Positions 17,263 through 25,641 of a DNA stretch of 64,000 nt are shown here, in pieces (positions within the stretch are counted from its first letter, which is position 1; each line of letters begins with the position of its first letter). Where the stretch lies: positions 17,202-81,201 of the forward strand of contig JBEKSE010000002.1 in NCBI GenBank assembly GCA_049517315.1. The letters run 5' to 3'. A program made the position numbers and the translations under genes. The notes under the pieces are model-generated. The model ran no database searches, was not told the DNA's origin, and saw nothing but the letters and a program-made list of their open reading frames with translations. Source of the DNA: Terracidiphilus sp. (lineage in GTDB: Bacteria > Acidobacteriota > Terriglobia > Terriglobales > Acidobacteriaceae).

Positions 17263-19347
17263 ATGGGCCGCATCCGCGTTCTTCCCGATCAGGTTGCCAA
17301 TCAGATCGCCGCCGGCGAGGTGGTGGACCGGCCTGCTTCGGTGGTGAAAGAGCTGCTGGAGAATGCCCTGGACGCCGGCGCCACGCGCATTCGCGTCGAG
17401 GTTGAGGCGGGCGGGCGCAAGCTCATCCGCATCACCGATGACGGCCACGGAATGAATCGCGACGACGCCCTACTGGCCTTCGAACGCCACGCCACCTCCA
17501 AGCTCCGCACCGCTGACGACCTGCTCTCCATTGCGACCTTGGGATTCCGGGGCGAGGCACTGCCCTCCATTGCGTCGGTGGCCCGCGTAACGCTGGAGAC
17601 CTGCGCGGAGTCCTCCACGGACGGCGAACGTGCTGGAACGCGGCTGGAGATTGCAGGCGGCAAGATTCTCCACGTGGACGACGCGGCTCTGCCACGCGGA
17701 ACCACGCTGGCCGTGGCCGATCTCTTCTTCAACACTCCCGCTCGCCGTAAGTTTCTCCGCGCCGAATCCACTGAGCTGGCTCACGTGACGGCGCTGGTGA
17801 CTCATTACGCCCTGGCCCACCCGGAAAAACACTTCGAGTTGCTCTCCGCCACGCACACAATCGTCTCCGCGCCGCCGGTCGCCCGCACTGCCGAGCGGAT
17901 CTACCAAATCTTTGGCAAAGAGACGCTGGCCCAACTGCTGCCCGTGGCCGCCGAGACTCCTCTGGCCCATGTCGGCCTGCCCGAGCCGCCGCCCTGGAAA
18001 AAAGACCCCAACGAGCCAGCGCGTCTCCCAGGCACACTTCGATTAAGCGGCTTCTACTCCAAGCCCGAGTTGCAGAAGCTCAACCGCAACTCGATTTATA
18101 TATTTATCAACAAACGACTTATCCGCGACAGGCTGCTGATGCACGCCATCACAGAGGCATATCGCAACGTGATTCCGCCCACCAGCTTCCCGGTGGTGCT
18201 GCTCTTTCTGGAGATGCCGCCCGAAGAGGTGGATGTAAACGTTCATCCCGCCAAGACTGAGGTCCGTTTTCGCCAGCAAAGCCTGATCCACGACTTTGTA
18301 CGTGACAGTCTGCGCACGGCGCTCATCAAGGCGAGGCCCGCTGCCGGTTTTCTGGCCGCGCTGGATTCCGCGCCCGCAGCCAGCCCCTCGCTGATGCCAC
18401 CAGCCGCTTCGCCATTGCCCGGTTCACCAGTTTCGGTGCAATTTCCTGTCCCTGCACAGCCGGATTCGGATCCGGGCGCGTTTCAGGCATCCGGGGCTGA
18501 TGCTGAAGCCTTTACGCTGACACCTCACCTGCCCACGCCCGCTCCTGGCAAGCTACCCTTTACCGCCCAGAGCGTCCAAACGGGCGGCTGGGGCGATCGG
18601 AAAGCGTGGGGCGAGGCTGCTGCAGCGCTCTTTCAGCCACTTAGTCTGCCACCGGCCGGGGATTGTTCCCCAAATCCTGGCGAGGCAAACGGTACAAATC
18701 CTGCCGCGGAGACGGCTCTTATAGAGGCCGAGCAGGCGGCAGCCAATCTCAATCACCTGGGCTCGCTCCGGCCGCTGGGGCAGTTGCGCGAGTCGTTCAT
18801 TCTGGCCACCGGGGATGATGGGTTGTGGATTATTGACCAGCATGTGGCACACGAAAGAGTGCTTTTTGAGAAAATTTTACAAGATCGTCAAGTTGAACAG
18901 GTAATGCGTCAAAGGTTACTAATGCCCATGCTAGTGGAACTAAAGCCATCTCAGATGGTGGTATTCGCTGCCATCGCCGAGGAACTGGAACGCAACGGCT
19001 TCGAGGTGGAACCATTTGGCCCTCAAACACTTGCCGTGAAGGCGGCGCCAATTGGACTGGAGGGAGCGGCCCTGGAGCGGATGTTAGCCGAGGTAATCGA
19101 GCAATCCAGCGCCGATTCTGAAGAACATACGCATAATCATGATCTTACGGCTTTGCGCACGCGCATTGCCGCTTCCATCGCCTGTCATGCCGCCATCAAG
19201 GTCAACACCCCCCTCGACCCGGTTCGGATGGAGTGGTTACTGTTGGAACTGGGGAAAACGAGCCATCCGACCAGTTGCCCCCATGGACGGCCTATCGCTT
19301 TGCTGTATTCTTGGAAGGAGATCCAGCGGGCCTTCCATCGGATTTGA
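17263..19347 (+). CDS. mutL: DNA mismatch repair endonuclease MutL
   Basis: IAAGEVVDRPASVVKELLENALDA, LGFRGEAL, DVNVHPAK, DQHVAHERVLFE, ACHAAIK, CPHGRP. Confidence 0.99.
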   Translation: MGRIRVLPDQVANQIAAGEVVDRPASVVKELLENALDAGATRIRVEVEAGGRKLIRITDDGHGMNRDDALLAFERHATSKLRTADDLLSIATLGFRGEALPSIASVARVTLETCAESSTDGERAGTRLEIAGGKILHVDDAALPRGTTLAVADLFFNTPARRKFLRAESTELAHVTALVTHYALAHPEKHFELLSATHTIVSAPPVARTAERIYQIFGKETLAQLLPVAAETPLAHVGLPEPPPWKKDPNEPARLPGTLRLSGFYSKPELQKLNRNSIYIFINKRLIRDRLLMHAITEAYRNVIPPTSFPVVLLFLEMPPEEVDVNVHPAKTEVRFRQQSLIHDFVRDSLRTALIKARPAAGFLAALDSAPAASPSLMPPAASPLPGSPVSVQFPVPAQPDSDPGAFQASGADAEAFTLTPHLPTPAPGKLPFTAQSVQTGGWGDRKAWGEAAAALFQPLSLPPAGDCSPNPGEANGTNPAAETALIEAEQAAANLNHLGSLRPLGQLRESFILATGDDGLWIIDQHVAHERVLFEKILQDRQVEQVMRQRLLMPMLVELKPSQMVVFAAIAEELERNGFEVEPFGPQTLAVKAAPIGLEGAALERMLAEVIEQSSADSEEHTHNHDLTALRTRIAASIACHAAIKVNTPLDPVRMEWLLLELGKTSHPTSCPHGRPIALLYSWKEIQRAFHRI

Positions 19348-19427
19348 AAACAGGTGGAAGGTGGCAGCCCCCCTCTTAGGGGACGGGGCGCCCGGCGCTA
19401 ACGCCTGCCTGGAAGCGAGGTTTTTCT

Positions 19428-20933
19428 TTGACATCGGAACAATTGGAAGCATCGCGCGCCGAAAGAATGCGCCTGGACGGACATGGGACACTCACCCTGG
19501 AGGATGCCCGGACGTGGATTGAGGAGACCGGGTTGTGTCTTTTCCTGCCCAAGCGGCAGTTTTCCACCTCGATTGCGCCGTCGTTTGTTGAGGCTGTAGC
19601 CGGCAAGCGCGACGCCACTCCCGCTCGCGAACACATTGCCCTGGCCGAAGAGTTGCTGGTGCGCCTGGAGTTAGACGGCGTGGCTGTGCGGCTGAACCTG
19701 CTCGGACTGCCAGGCGAGGCACCCGACTTCGTTGTGGCTAGCTGGGTTCTGCCGTACGTTTATGCCTTGCGCGGCGATCGCGACTGGCGTCGCAGCCCGC
19801 AACTGACCGGTTCGCGCCAAGTATCTCAGCTCGCTGTTCAGGCTTACAAACTGCTGGAAGTGGGCGAAACTACAATCGGGAAGCTCACCCGTGCCCTGGG
19901 CCGGGAAGTGACGGAAGGCGCCGTTTTGCGCGCCATCACCGAGCTCTGGCAGCAGCTTCGCATTATTCCGGTCATCTCCGCTCCCGGCCAGTCTGCCCAA
20001 TGGCAGCTACTCCGCACGCGTTTCCAGAAAGCCATCGCAGAAGGCGCCTCTACCTCTCAAGTGACCGCCATCTCAGTGCTTGCCTCAATTTACCTGCAAG
20101 CGGTGATTGCCGCCAGCATGGAAGAGGTCGAGCTGTTCCTGGCCCCTCTCACTGCCCGCAGCAAGGTGCGCGAAGTGTTGCGCGGCCTGGTAGCTACACG
20201 CCAGGTGCATACCATCTCGCTCGGACACGCGCCTCATTTCTATGTTGCCGGCACGCTGCCGGAGTTCGCTACCGCTCCCACAATTTATGCCAGTGCATCG
20301 ATACCGGCTTCCGCATACTTTATGCGCTCCGATGAGGAGATGCCGGAGCCAGCGGTGGCAAAGCCGGCTGAGCCTGCCTCGACAACTCCGCTCAGGCCTG
20401 TCGAAACTCACGCAACCCGCACCCCGGCAACGCGCAAATCGGTGGCTGGCGGGAAAGCCACCGCAGCCCGGCCGCATTTCAGCCGCCCGACGACACATGT
20501 TCGCGATCGCAAGCCAGCGCAATCGTCCTCGAGCCGTCAATCCCGGCCCGCTTCTGCGGCTCGTTGGAGCCCAAAGCCAGCCGCACCCTCCAACGGCAAG
20601 CGCAACGGCGCTCATGCCGGCAACGGAAACGGCAAGCCGGCAGCCCGCCCGACGACTTCCAGCGCACATTCTGCCAAGTCTGCCTCGCCCGCATGGAATC
20701 CGGGTAACGGGAGCCCGAGCAAAGTTCATTCCAACGGCGCCAAGCCAGCCGGAAAGCCTGGCGCAACATCTCGTACCGGCGGCGCGGCGCGGAAGGATTC
20801 CCGGCCCGCCGCTCGACCAGCTCGCGCAGGCAATAACAGGAAGCCTGCAATTGCCGCTGGCGCGCGCGCCGGAAGCAGCAAGAGGTTTGGATATCCAGCA
20901 CGGCCCAGGCAAGGGGCAAAGAAGCGCGGATGA
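19428..20933 (+). CDS. Winged-helix protein distantly like YcaQ/AlkZ, with a long basic low-complexity tail
   Basis: ~290 aa globular N-terminus (GLCLFLP...PSFVEAV) plus ~200 aa A/P/S/R/K/G-rich tail; TTG start; ATGA overlap with cmk. Family call is tentative. Confidence 0.6.
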   Translation: MTSEQLEASRAERMRLDGHGTLTLEDARTWIEETGLCLFLPKRQFSTSIAPSFVEAVAGKRDATPAREHIALAEELLVRLELDGVAVRLNLLGLPGEAPDFVVASWVLPYVYALRGDRDWRRSPQLTGSRQVSQLAVQAYKLLEVGETTIGKLTRALGREVTEGAVLRAITELWQQLRIIPVISAPGQSAQWQLLRTRFQKAIAEGASTSQVTAISVLASIYLQAVIAASMEEVELFLAPLTARSKVREVLRGLVATRQVHTISLGHAPHFYVAGTLPEFATAPTIYASASIPASAYFMRSDEEMPEPAVAKPAEPASTTPLRPVETHATRTPATRKSVAGGKATAARPHFSRPTTHVRDRKPAQSSSSRQSRPASAARWSPKPAAPSNGKRNGAHAGNGNGKPAARPTTSSAHSAKSASPAWNPGNGSPSKVHSNGAKPAGKPGATSRTGGAARKDSRPAARPARAGNNRKPAIAAGARAGSSKRFGYPARPRQGAKKRG

Positions 20934-21637
20934 CTGACTGCTCGCTCCGTAATCTCGATCTGGCCCACAAGGTGATTGTCGCAATTGACGGCCCGGCAGG
21001 GGCGGGCAAGAGTACCGTCGCCCGCCATCTGGCCAGGCATTTTGGTCTGCTGAACCTGGAGACAGGAGCCATGTACCGCGCCTTTGCTTTCAAGGCGCTG
21101 CGCACTGGCCTTCCCTTGGATGAGAGTGCTGGCCTGGAAAGCCTGGCCGCAGAAACTTCCATTCGTCTTGAGCCGGGCGAAGACGGCAACCGCGTGCTGC
21201 TCGACGGCGAGGACGTAACCGGCCTTATCCGCAATCAAATGGTCACGGACGCCGCCTCCCAGGTCAGCGTGTGGCCTGCCATTCGCGCCTGGATGGTCCG
21301 GATGCAACAGCAGTTGGGCGCCAAGGGCGGAGTGGTCATGGAGGGCCGTGACATAGGCACCGTGGTCTTTCCGAAGGCCGAGGTAAAAATCTTTCTGGAT
21401 GCCGCGCCCGAAGTGCGGGGCCTGCGCCGGTACGATCAGCTTGGCCCCAAGCCCACCATTCAGCCGCAAGAGGTAATCCGTGACTTGCGCGCCCGCGACG
21501 AGCGGGATCGCAATCGCGCCGATTCACCGCTGAAGGCAGCCCCCGACGCCGTTTTGCTGGATTCGACCAATTTAACACTGGAAGAGGTCGTGGCCGCAGC
21601 CGAGGCCATCGTAGCGGCAAAACTAGCGCTCCTCTGA
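20930..21637 (+). CDS. cmk: Cytidylate kinase
   Basis: AIDGPAGAGKST, TGAMYRA, VMEGRDIGTVVFP, RDERD. Confidence 0.97.
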   Translation: MTDCSLRNLDLAHKVIVAIDGPAGAGKSTVARHLARHFGLLNLETGAMYRAFAFKALRTGLPLDESAGLESLAAETSIRLEPGEDGNRVLLDGEDVTGLIRNQMVTDAASQVSVWPAIRAWMVRMQQQLGAKGGVVMEGRDIGTVVFPKAEVKIFLDAAPEVRGLRRYDQLGPKPTIQPQEVIRDLRARDERDRNRADSPLKAAPDAVLLDSTNLTLEEVVAAAEAIVAAKLALL

Positions 21638-21699
21638 AGTAAAAGGGGATCTTCTTAGCACAGCATGCAGCAGCGTTATGTTATTGGAGATCTGGAGGA

Positions 21700-21970
21700 T
21701 CAGGACTTCTTTTCCGCAGGCGCCGGAGCCTTCGGCGGGGTTGCGGTCTTGTTGTACTTTATTTTCTTCTTCCCATTCTCGCAGCTGCCGACTAGCTTTC
21801 CTTGGGCGTCTTTGTCCTTGGCTACGACTTCGAGCGTGTAAAATTCCACTCCGATCGCTTCCAGCTTCCTTGCAATCTCGGAGGTCAGCACTTCACAGGA
21901 ATTCGTAGCTTGTGCGCTGGCTAAATACTGACGCGAATGACAGCAGGACAGCTGAGGCCACGATTCGCAT
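21700..21970 (-). pseudogene. DUF1161/YnfD-like exported small protein with a +1 frameshift
   Basis: The signal peptide MRIVASAVLLSFASV (ATG 21970) is out of frame with the mature domain SAQATNSCEVLTSEIARKL...GSCENGKKKI; the extra base falls at the TTT run, 21923-21925. Confidence 0.6.
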
Positions 21971-22250
21971 GGTGTGATCTCATTCGCTTTCGTGCCTGAG
22001 TTGGGGCTAACATTAGCCCGCCTGAGACGCCAGCGTCAATCGCCGGACGCGCAAGGCGAGCCATAGAGAGCGTCATCAGCGAATTACTTCGTAGCTCCAG
22101 ACGAACGAGTGCGCCTATTCCACGGTGGGAGGCCAGCCGTAGATTCTTGCGTTTACGAGCAGTGAGAGTTGCGCACTGGAGAAGCATTCACAAGCGGCTT
22201 GCTTGATTGCTTCACCGTGCCGCGACGAAATGCTATAGGCTCGTAGATGT

Positions 22251-22928
22251 ATGGAAATCACCTGCAACCGCTGCCACCAGGTCGTCGAGGCCGAGAACTG
22301 CTACTGCCCCGCCTGCGGCTTGCCACAACTTGTGTATGGGGCTGACCAGCCCGCCGGGCAGACTCAGCCAGTGCGTTGGGACGAAGCAGTGCGGGATGCG
22401 AGCAGTGTCGATTGGAAGCCGGCTCTGCGCGCTGCTCTGCTGCTGGCGATTCCCGCAGGTGTGCTGTCGTTTGGACTCTCGGCGGTGGGCCTTTTGGGCT
22501 TCGTGTGGATGGCTGTGGCGGGCGCCTGGGCAGTTGCAATTTACTTGCGCAGCCAGCGGCCCGCGTGGATCACCATCGGGGCCGGCGCCCGCATCGGCCT
22601 TGTCACTGGCTTGCTGGGAGCGTGGGCAGCTGCGGCAACCATGAGCGTACTGATGTTTGCAGCGCGCTTTTTTTTGCACCAAGGCAAGGGAATGGACGAC
22701 TTCTGGCAGGGCCAGTTTGTTGAGAAAGTCGGCCAGCAGTGGGCGGCCACCGGGATTGATGCGCAGACGATTCTCACTTATAAAGCAATCCTGAATTCCC
22801 CCGACGGACGCGGCGGTGTGATAATTTGCCTGATGTTTTTTCTTGTTCTGGCTCTGGTGATCTTTGCGACGCTGGGTGGAGCATTGGGTGCGCGGCTGAT
22901 GGGACGCACACGGCAGCCTGAGGTCTAA
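22251..22928 (+). CDS. Zinc-ribbon membrane protein
   Basis: CNRC...CPACG N-terminus followed by about four TM helices. Confidence 0.8.
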   Translation: MEITCNRCHQVVEAENCYCPACGLPQLVYGADQPAGQTQPVRWDEAVRDASSVDWKPALRAALLLAIPAGVLSFGLSAVGLLGFVWMAVAGAWAVAIYLRSQRPAWITIGAGARIGLVTGLLGAWAAAATMSVLMFAARFFLHQGKGMDDFWQGQFVEKVGQQWAATGIDAQTILTYKAILNSPDGRGGVIICLMFFLVLALVIFATLGGALGARLMGRTRQPEV

Positions 22929-23028
22929 GCAGCTATTTTGTGGCTGCGGGATGACTCGCTTTACGCTGCAATCTCCCCATTTCCTGCCTCGTCCGCGCCC
23001 CTCGGATTCCGTTCGATTTCTCCACAAC

Positions 23029-23057
23029 TTGCTCGCAAGACCAAACCCTCGTATCAT
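23029..23057 (+). promoter_or_regulatory. Candidate sigma70 promoter for pyrR
   Basis: TTGCTC-N17-TATCAT. Confidence 0.5.
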
Positions 23058-23099
23058 CCTGCGAGAGGCTGGCTGCGACAGCCAGGCACGAGAAGACCA

Positions 23100-23669
23100 A
23101 TGAGCGAAGCTGAAAGCAAACCCTCCCTGCGCATCAAGGGCAGGCTGATGTCCGCCTCGGAGGTCGAGCGCACGCTGGTGCGCCTGGCCCACGAGATTGT
23201 TGAAAAAAGTAATGGCAGTCAAGACCTAGCCCTGGTCGGCATCAAGCGCCGCGGCGTTCCGCTGGCCGAGCGGCTGGGCAAGCTGATCTCCGGCATCGAG
23301 AAGCGTCCAGTCGCCACCGGCGTGCTCGATATCCAGTTCTACCGCGACGATCTGACCACGGCAGACATTCGGCCCGTGGTGACCCCAGGAGCCATCGGCA
23401 TCGACATCGAAGGCCGCGACGTGGTCATCTGCGACGATGTGCTTTACACCGGCCGCACCGTCCGCGCCGCGCTTGATGCACTCTTCGATCACGGCCGTCC
23501 GCGCCGCGTACAGCTGGCCGTGCTTATCGATCGGGGCCACCGCGAGCTACCCATCGAGGCCACTTACATCGGCAAGCATGTGCCCACCAGCAGCCGCGAG
23601 ATCATTGAGGTCAAGTTCCAGGAGGTCGATAACGACGAGCAGGTTCTGCTGGTCGAACGAGTCGTTTAA
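23100..23669 (+). CDS. pyrR: Pyrimidine regulatory protein/uracil phosphoribosyltransferase PyrR
   Basis: RLAHEIVEK, GIKRRG, LDIQFYRDD, DDVLYTGRTVRAA, LIDRGHRELPI; start MSEAE at 23100. Confidence 0.96.
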   Translation: MSEAESKPSLRIKGRLMSASEVERTLVRLAHEIVEKSNGSQDLALVGIKRRGVPLAERLGKLISGIEKRPVATGVLDIQFYRDDLTTADIRPVVTPGAIGIDIEGRDVVICDDVLYTGRTVRAALDALFDHGRPRRVQLAVLIDRGHRELPIEATYIGKHVPTSSREIIEVKFQEVDNDEQVLLVERVV

Positions 23670-23847
23670 GCGGTTTTATGAGTATCCTGCCCAGAGCCGG
23701 CGTCGAGCAGTCGAACTTTCGCGTTTGCGTCCGCGAACAGAGAATCAAGCGGCTGTGATGCAGGATTTCGCAGCTCCCATCTGGGTTCTATAACTGATTC
23801 CCTTTTTTGCAGACGCCTGGCAAATGATACCGCGATGGAGAGGTGCA

Positions 23848-24453
23848 CTAAATCCAGCCGCGCACGGCATAGTAGGCAATTTTGATGGATTCCTCCATCA
23901 TGGTTTCAAAGGCGGAGAAGCGGCCGTTCCAGTGTTCGGTAGAGTGAAGCACATCGGGAACTGCCATGGGCGTGACTTCAATGCCCAGCTTGCGAAAGAC
24001 GCGAAGCGCCCTGTACATATGAAAGTCGCTGGTGAGCAGAATTTTCTTGCCGGGCATGCCCTGGATCAGTCGAGCCGTCTCGATTCCGTTTTCGCGGGTG
24101 CTTTTGGATGGCCACTCGGCTACGACGGCTTCGCGGGGAATGCCTTCAGAGAGCAGGAAGTTGAGGATGCCAGGGCCTCCGCCGCCGCTGATCACAATCT
24201 TTTTGAAGCCTCCTGTTTGCCACGCAAAAATCGCTTCGCGCGCACGCCAATAAGAGGAATAGGAGATGCCGCCCATATCGTCTCCCGCCGCGCTGAGGAG
24301 GATGAGCACATCGCCTCGTGGCCGCTCGATGGGACCGGCGTAGGTTCGCGCCCACCACGAAACGACCGGTGTGGCGATCACCAACACGGTGATCAGTCCG
24401 ATGGCCGCTAGCGCGCGTCTGAGCCAAACGCCAGCTCTAAGAAGTGCTCTCAT
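23848..24453 (-). CDS. YdcF/DUF218 family protein
   Basis: N-terminal TM; ISGGG, STRENG, LLTSDFHMYRA. Confidence 0.88.
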   Translation of the reverse strand: MRALLRAGVWLRRALAAIGLITVLVIATPVVSWWARTYAGPIERPRGDVLILLSAAGDDMGGISYSSYWRAREAIFAWQTGGFKKIVISGGGGPGILNFLLSEGIPREAVVAEWPSKSTRENGIETARLIQGMPGKKILLTSDFHMYRALRVFRKLGIEVTPMAVPDVLHSTEHWNGRFSAFETMMEESIKIAYYAVRGWI

Positions 24454-25622
24454 ACTCCGGCTTCCGGCCGCTTGGATACGAGCGATTCGAAAATCTCGAA
24501 CAACTCAGACGCGACCGCCTTCCAGGTTCGGCTTCCGTGCGCGGAGATGGCATTGGCGTCCCAGGTTTTGTCCAGGACGGATGCAAGGGCCACCGCCAGC
24601 GTCGATGGATCACGAGGCAGGACGAGGCATCCGTACTCGTTGCTCAGGATCTCAGGGATGCCGCCCACATTTGTGGCGACGACCGGCCTGCCGCTGGCGA
24701 GCGCCTCAACCACCACATTGGGGTAACCCTCCATATAACTCGGCAGAGTGACCAGGTTGGAAGCCGCCATCCAGACAGCGACATCGTCGAAAGCGCAACC
24801 GTGCAGCGCGTGGATGTAGCCAGCCGCATTGTTGGCTTGGATGACCTCTTCGATCAGATGCCTGTCCGGTCCCTCTCCGACCATAAATACCTGCAAGGCA
24901 GGGCGAAGAAAGTGCAGCGAAGCCGCTGCTTCCACCAATTCGCGCAGGCCTTTTTTCACGTCCATGCGTCCGACGTAAACAACGGCCTCCGCCGCCGGAG
25001 CGATGCCGAGTTTCTGCCGAGCCGCCAGACGGTCTGCTGGATGGAAGACAGTAACATCGCAGCCATTGAGGATGGCGCGCGTCTTCTCCGGGGGTGCGCC
25101 CATGGCTACCATTCGCGTGCGCAGATCTCCGCTGATCGCGACCAGAAAATCCGCTTCGCGCAGCACAGTGCGGGTGTGCATTGCTGTAAAGCAATCGTAA
25201 ATGCTGTGGACATCGGACCCAACGGCCATAGCGACGACAGGGACACGGAGAGCTTTGCCTATCTTGAGAGCGGCAAATCCCTCAGGGTAAAGAAAGTAGC
25301 TGAAAATGAGATCGGGCGCGAAGCTGCGAACGTGAGGCCACAGGACACGGGCAGCCATCCATCCGTTGAACGGCCGGGAAACCAGCGGCAGCGCTGGGTA
25401 ATCGTAGTAGCCAACTTTTACATCCGGCACGCCATGAGCCGCGTCAATAGTGTCGTAGGTGCGGCTCCGCGGCTTGAGCAACGAAGGGTACACCGAGTGG
25501 GGATAAAATATTCGCACATCGGCTTTCCGGGATAGGAGTCGCATCGTCTGATATGCGGATCTGCCCTGCGTGGGCTGCGCCGAACTGGGAAAATGCATCG
25601 TGACAACAGCAATCTTGAGCAT
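24450..25622 (-). CDS. Glycosyltransferase family 4
   Basis: YVGRMDVKKG, LPSYMEGYPNVVVEALASGRPVV (Ex7E). Confidence 0.93.
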   Translation of the reverse strand: MLKIAVVTMHFPSSAQPTQGRSAYQTMRLLSRKADVRIFYPHSVYPSLLKPRSRTYDTIDAAHGVPDVKVGYYDYPALPLVSRPFNGWMAARVLWPHVRSFAPDLIFSYFLYPEGFAALKIGKALRVPVVAMAVGSDVHSIYDCFTAMHTRTVLREADFLVAISGDLRTRMVAMGAPPEKTRAILNGCDVTVFHPADRLAARQKLGIAPAAEAVVYVGRMDVKKGLRELVEAAASLHFLRPALQVFMVGEGPDRHLIEEVIQANNAAGYIHALHGCAFDDVAVWMAASNLVTLPSYMEGYPNVVVEALASGRPVVATNVGGIPEILSNEYGCLVLPRDPSTLAVALASVLDKTWDANAISAHGSRTWKAVASELFEIFESLVSKRPEAGV

Positions 25623-25641
25623 GACTATTCTCCAAATCCGA

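Noticed and set aside
23054-23090. PyrR-binding attenuator-like sequence ATCCTGCGAGAGGCT with a downstream hairpin
   Set aside because: It has two extra bases relative to the ARUCCNGNGAGGYU consensus, overlaps the predicted -10 so would be only partly transcribed, and no terminator/antiterminator follows.
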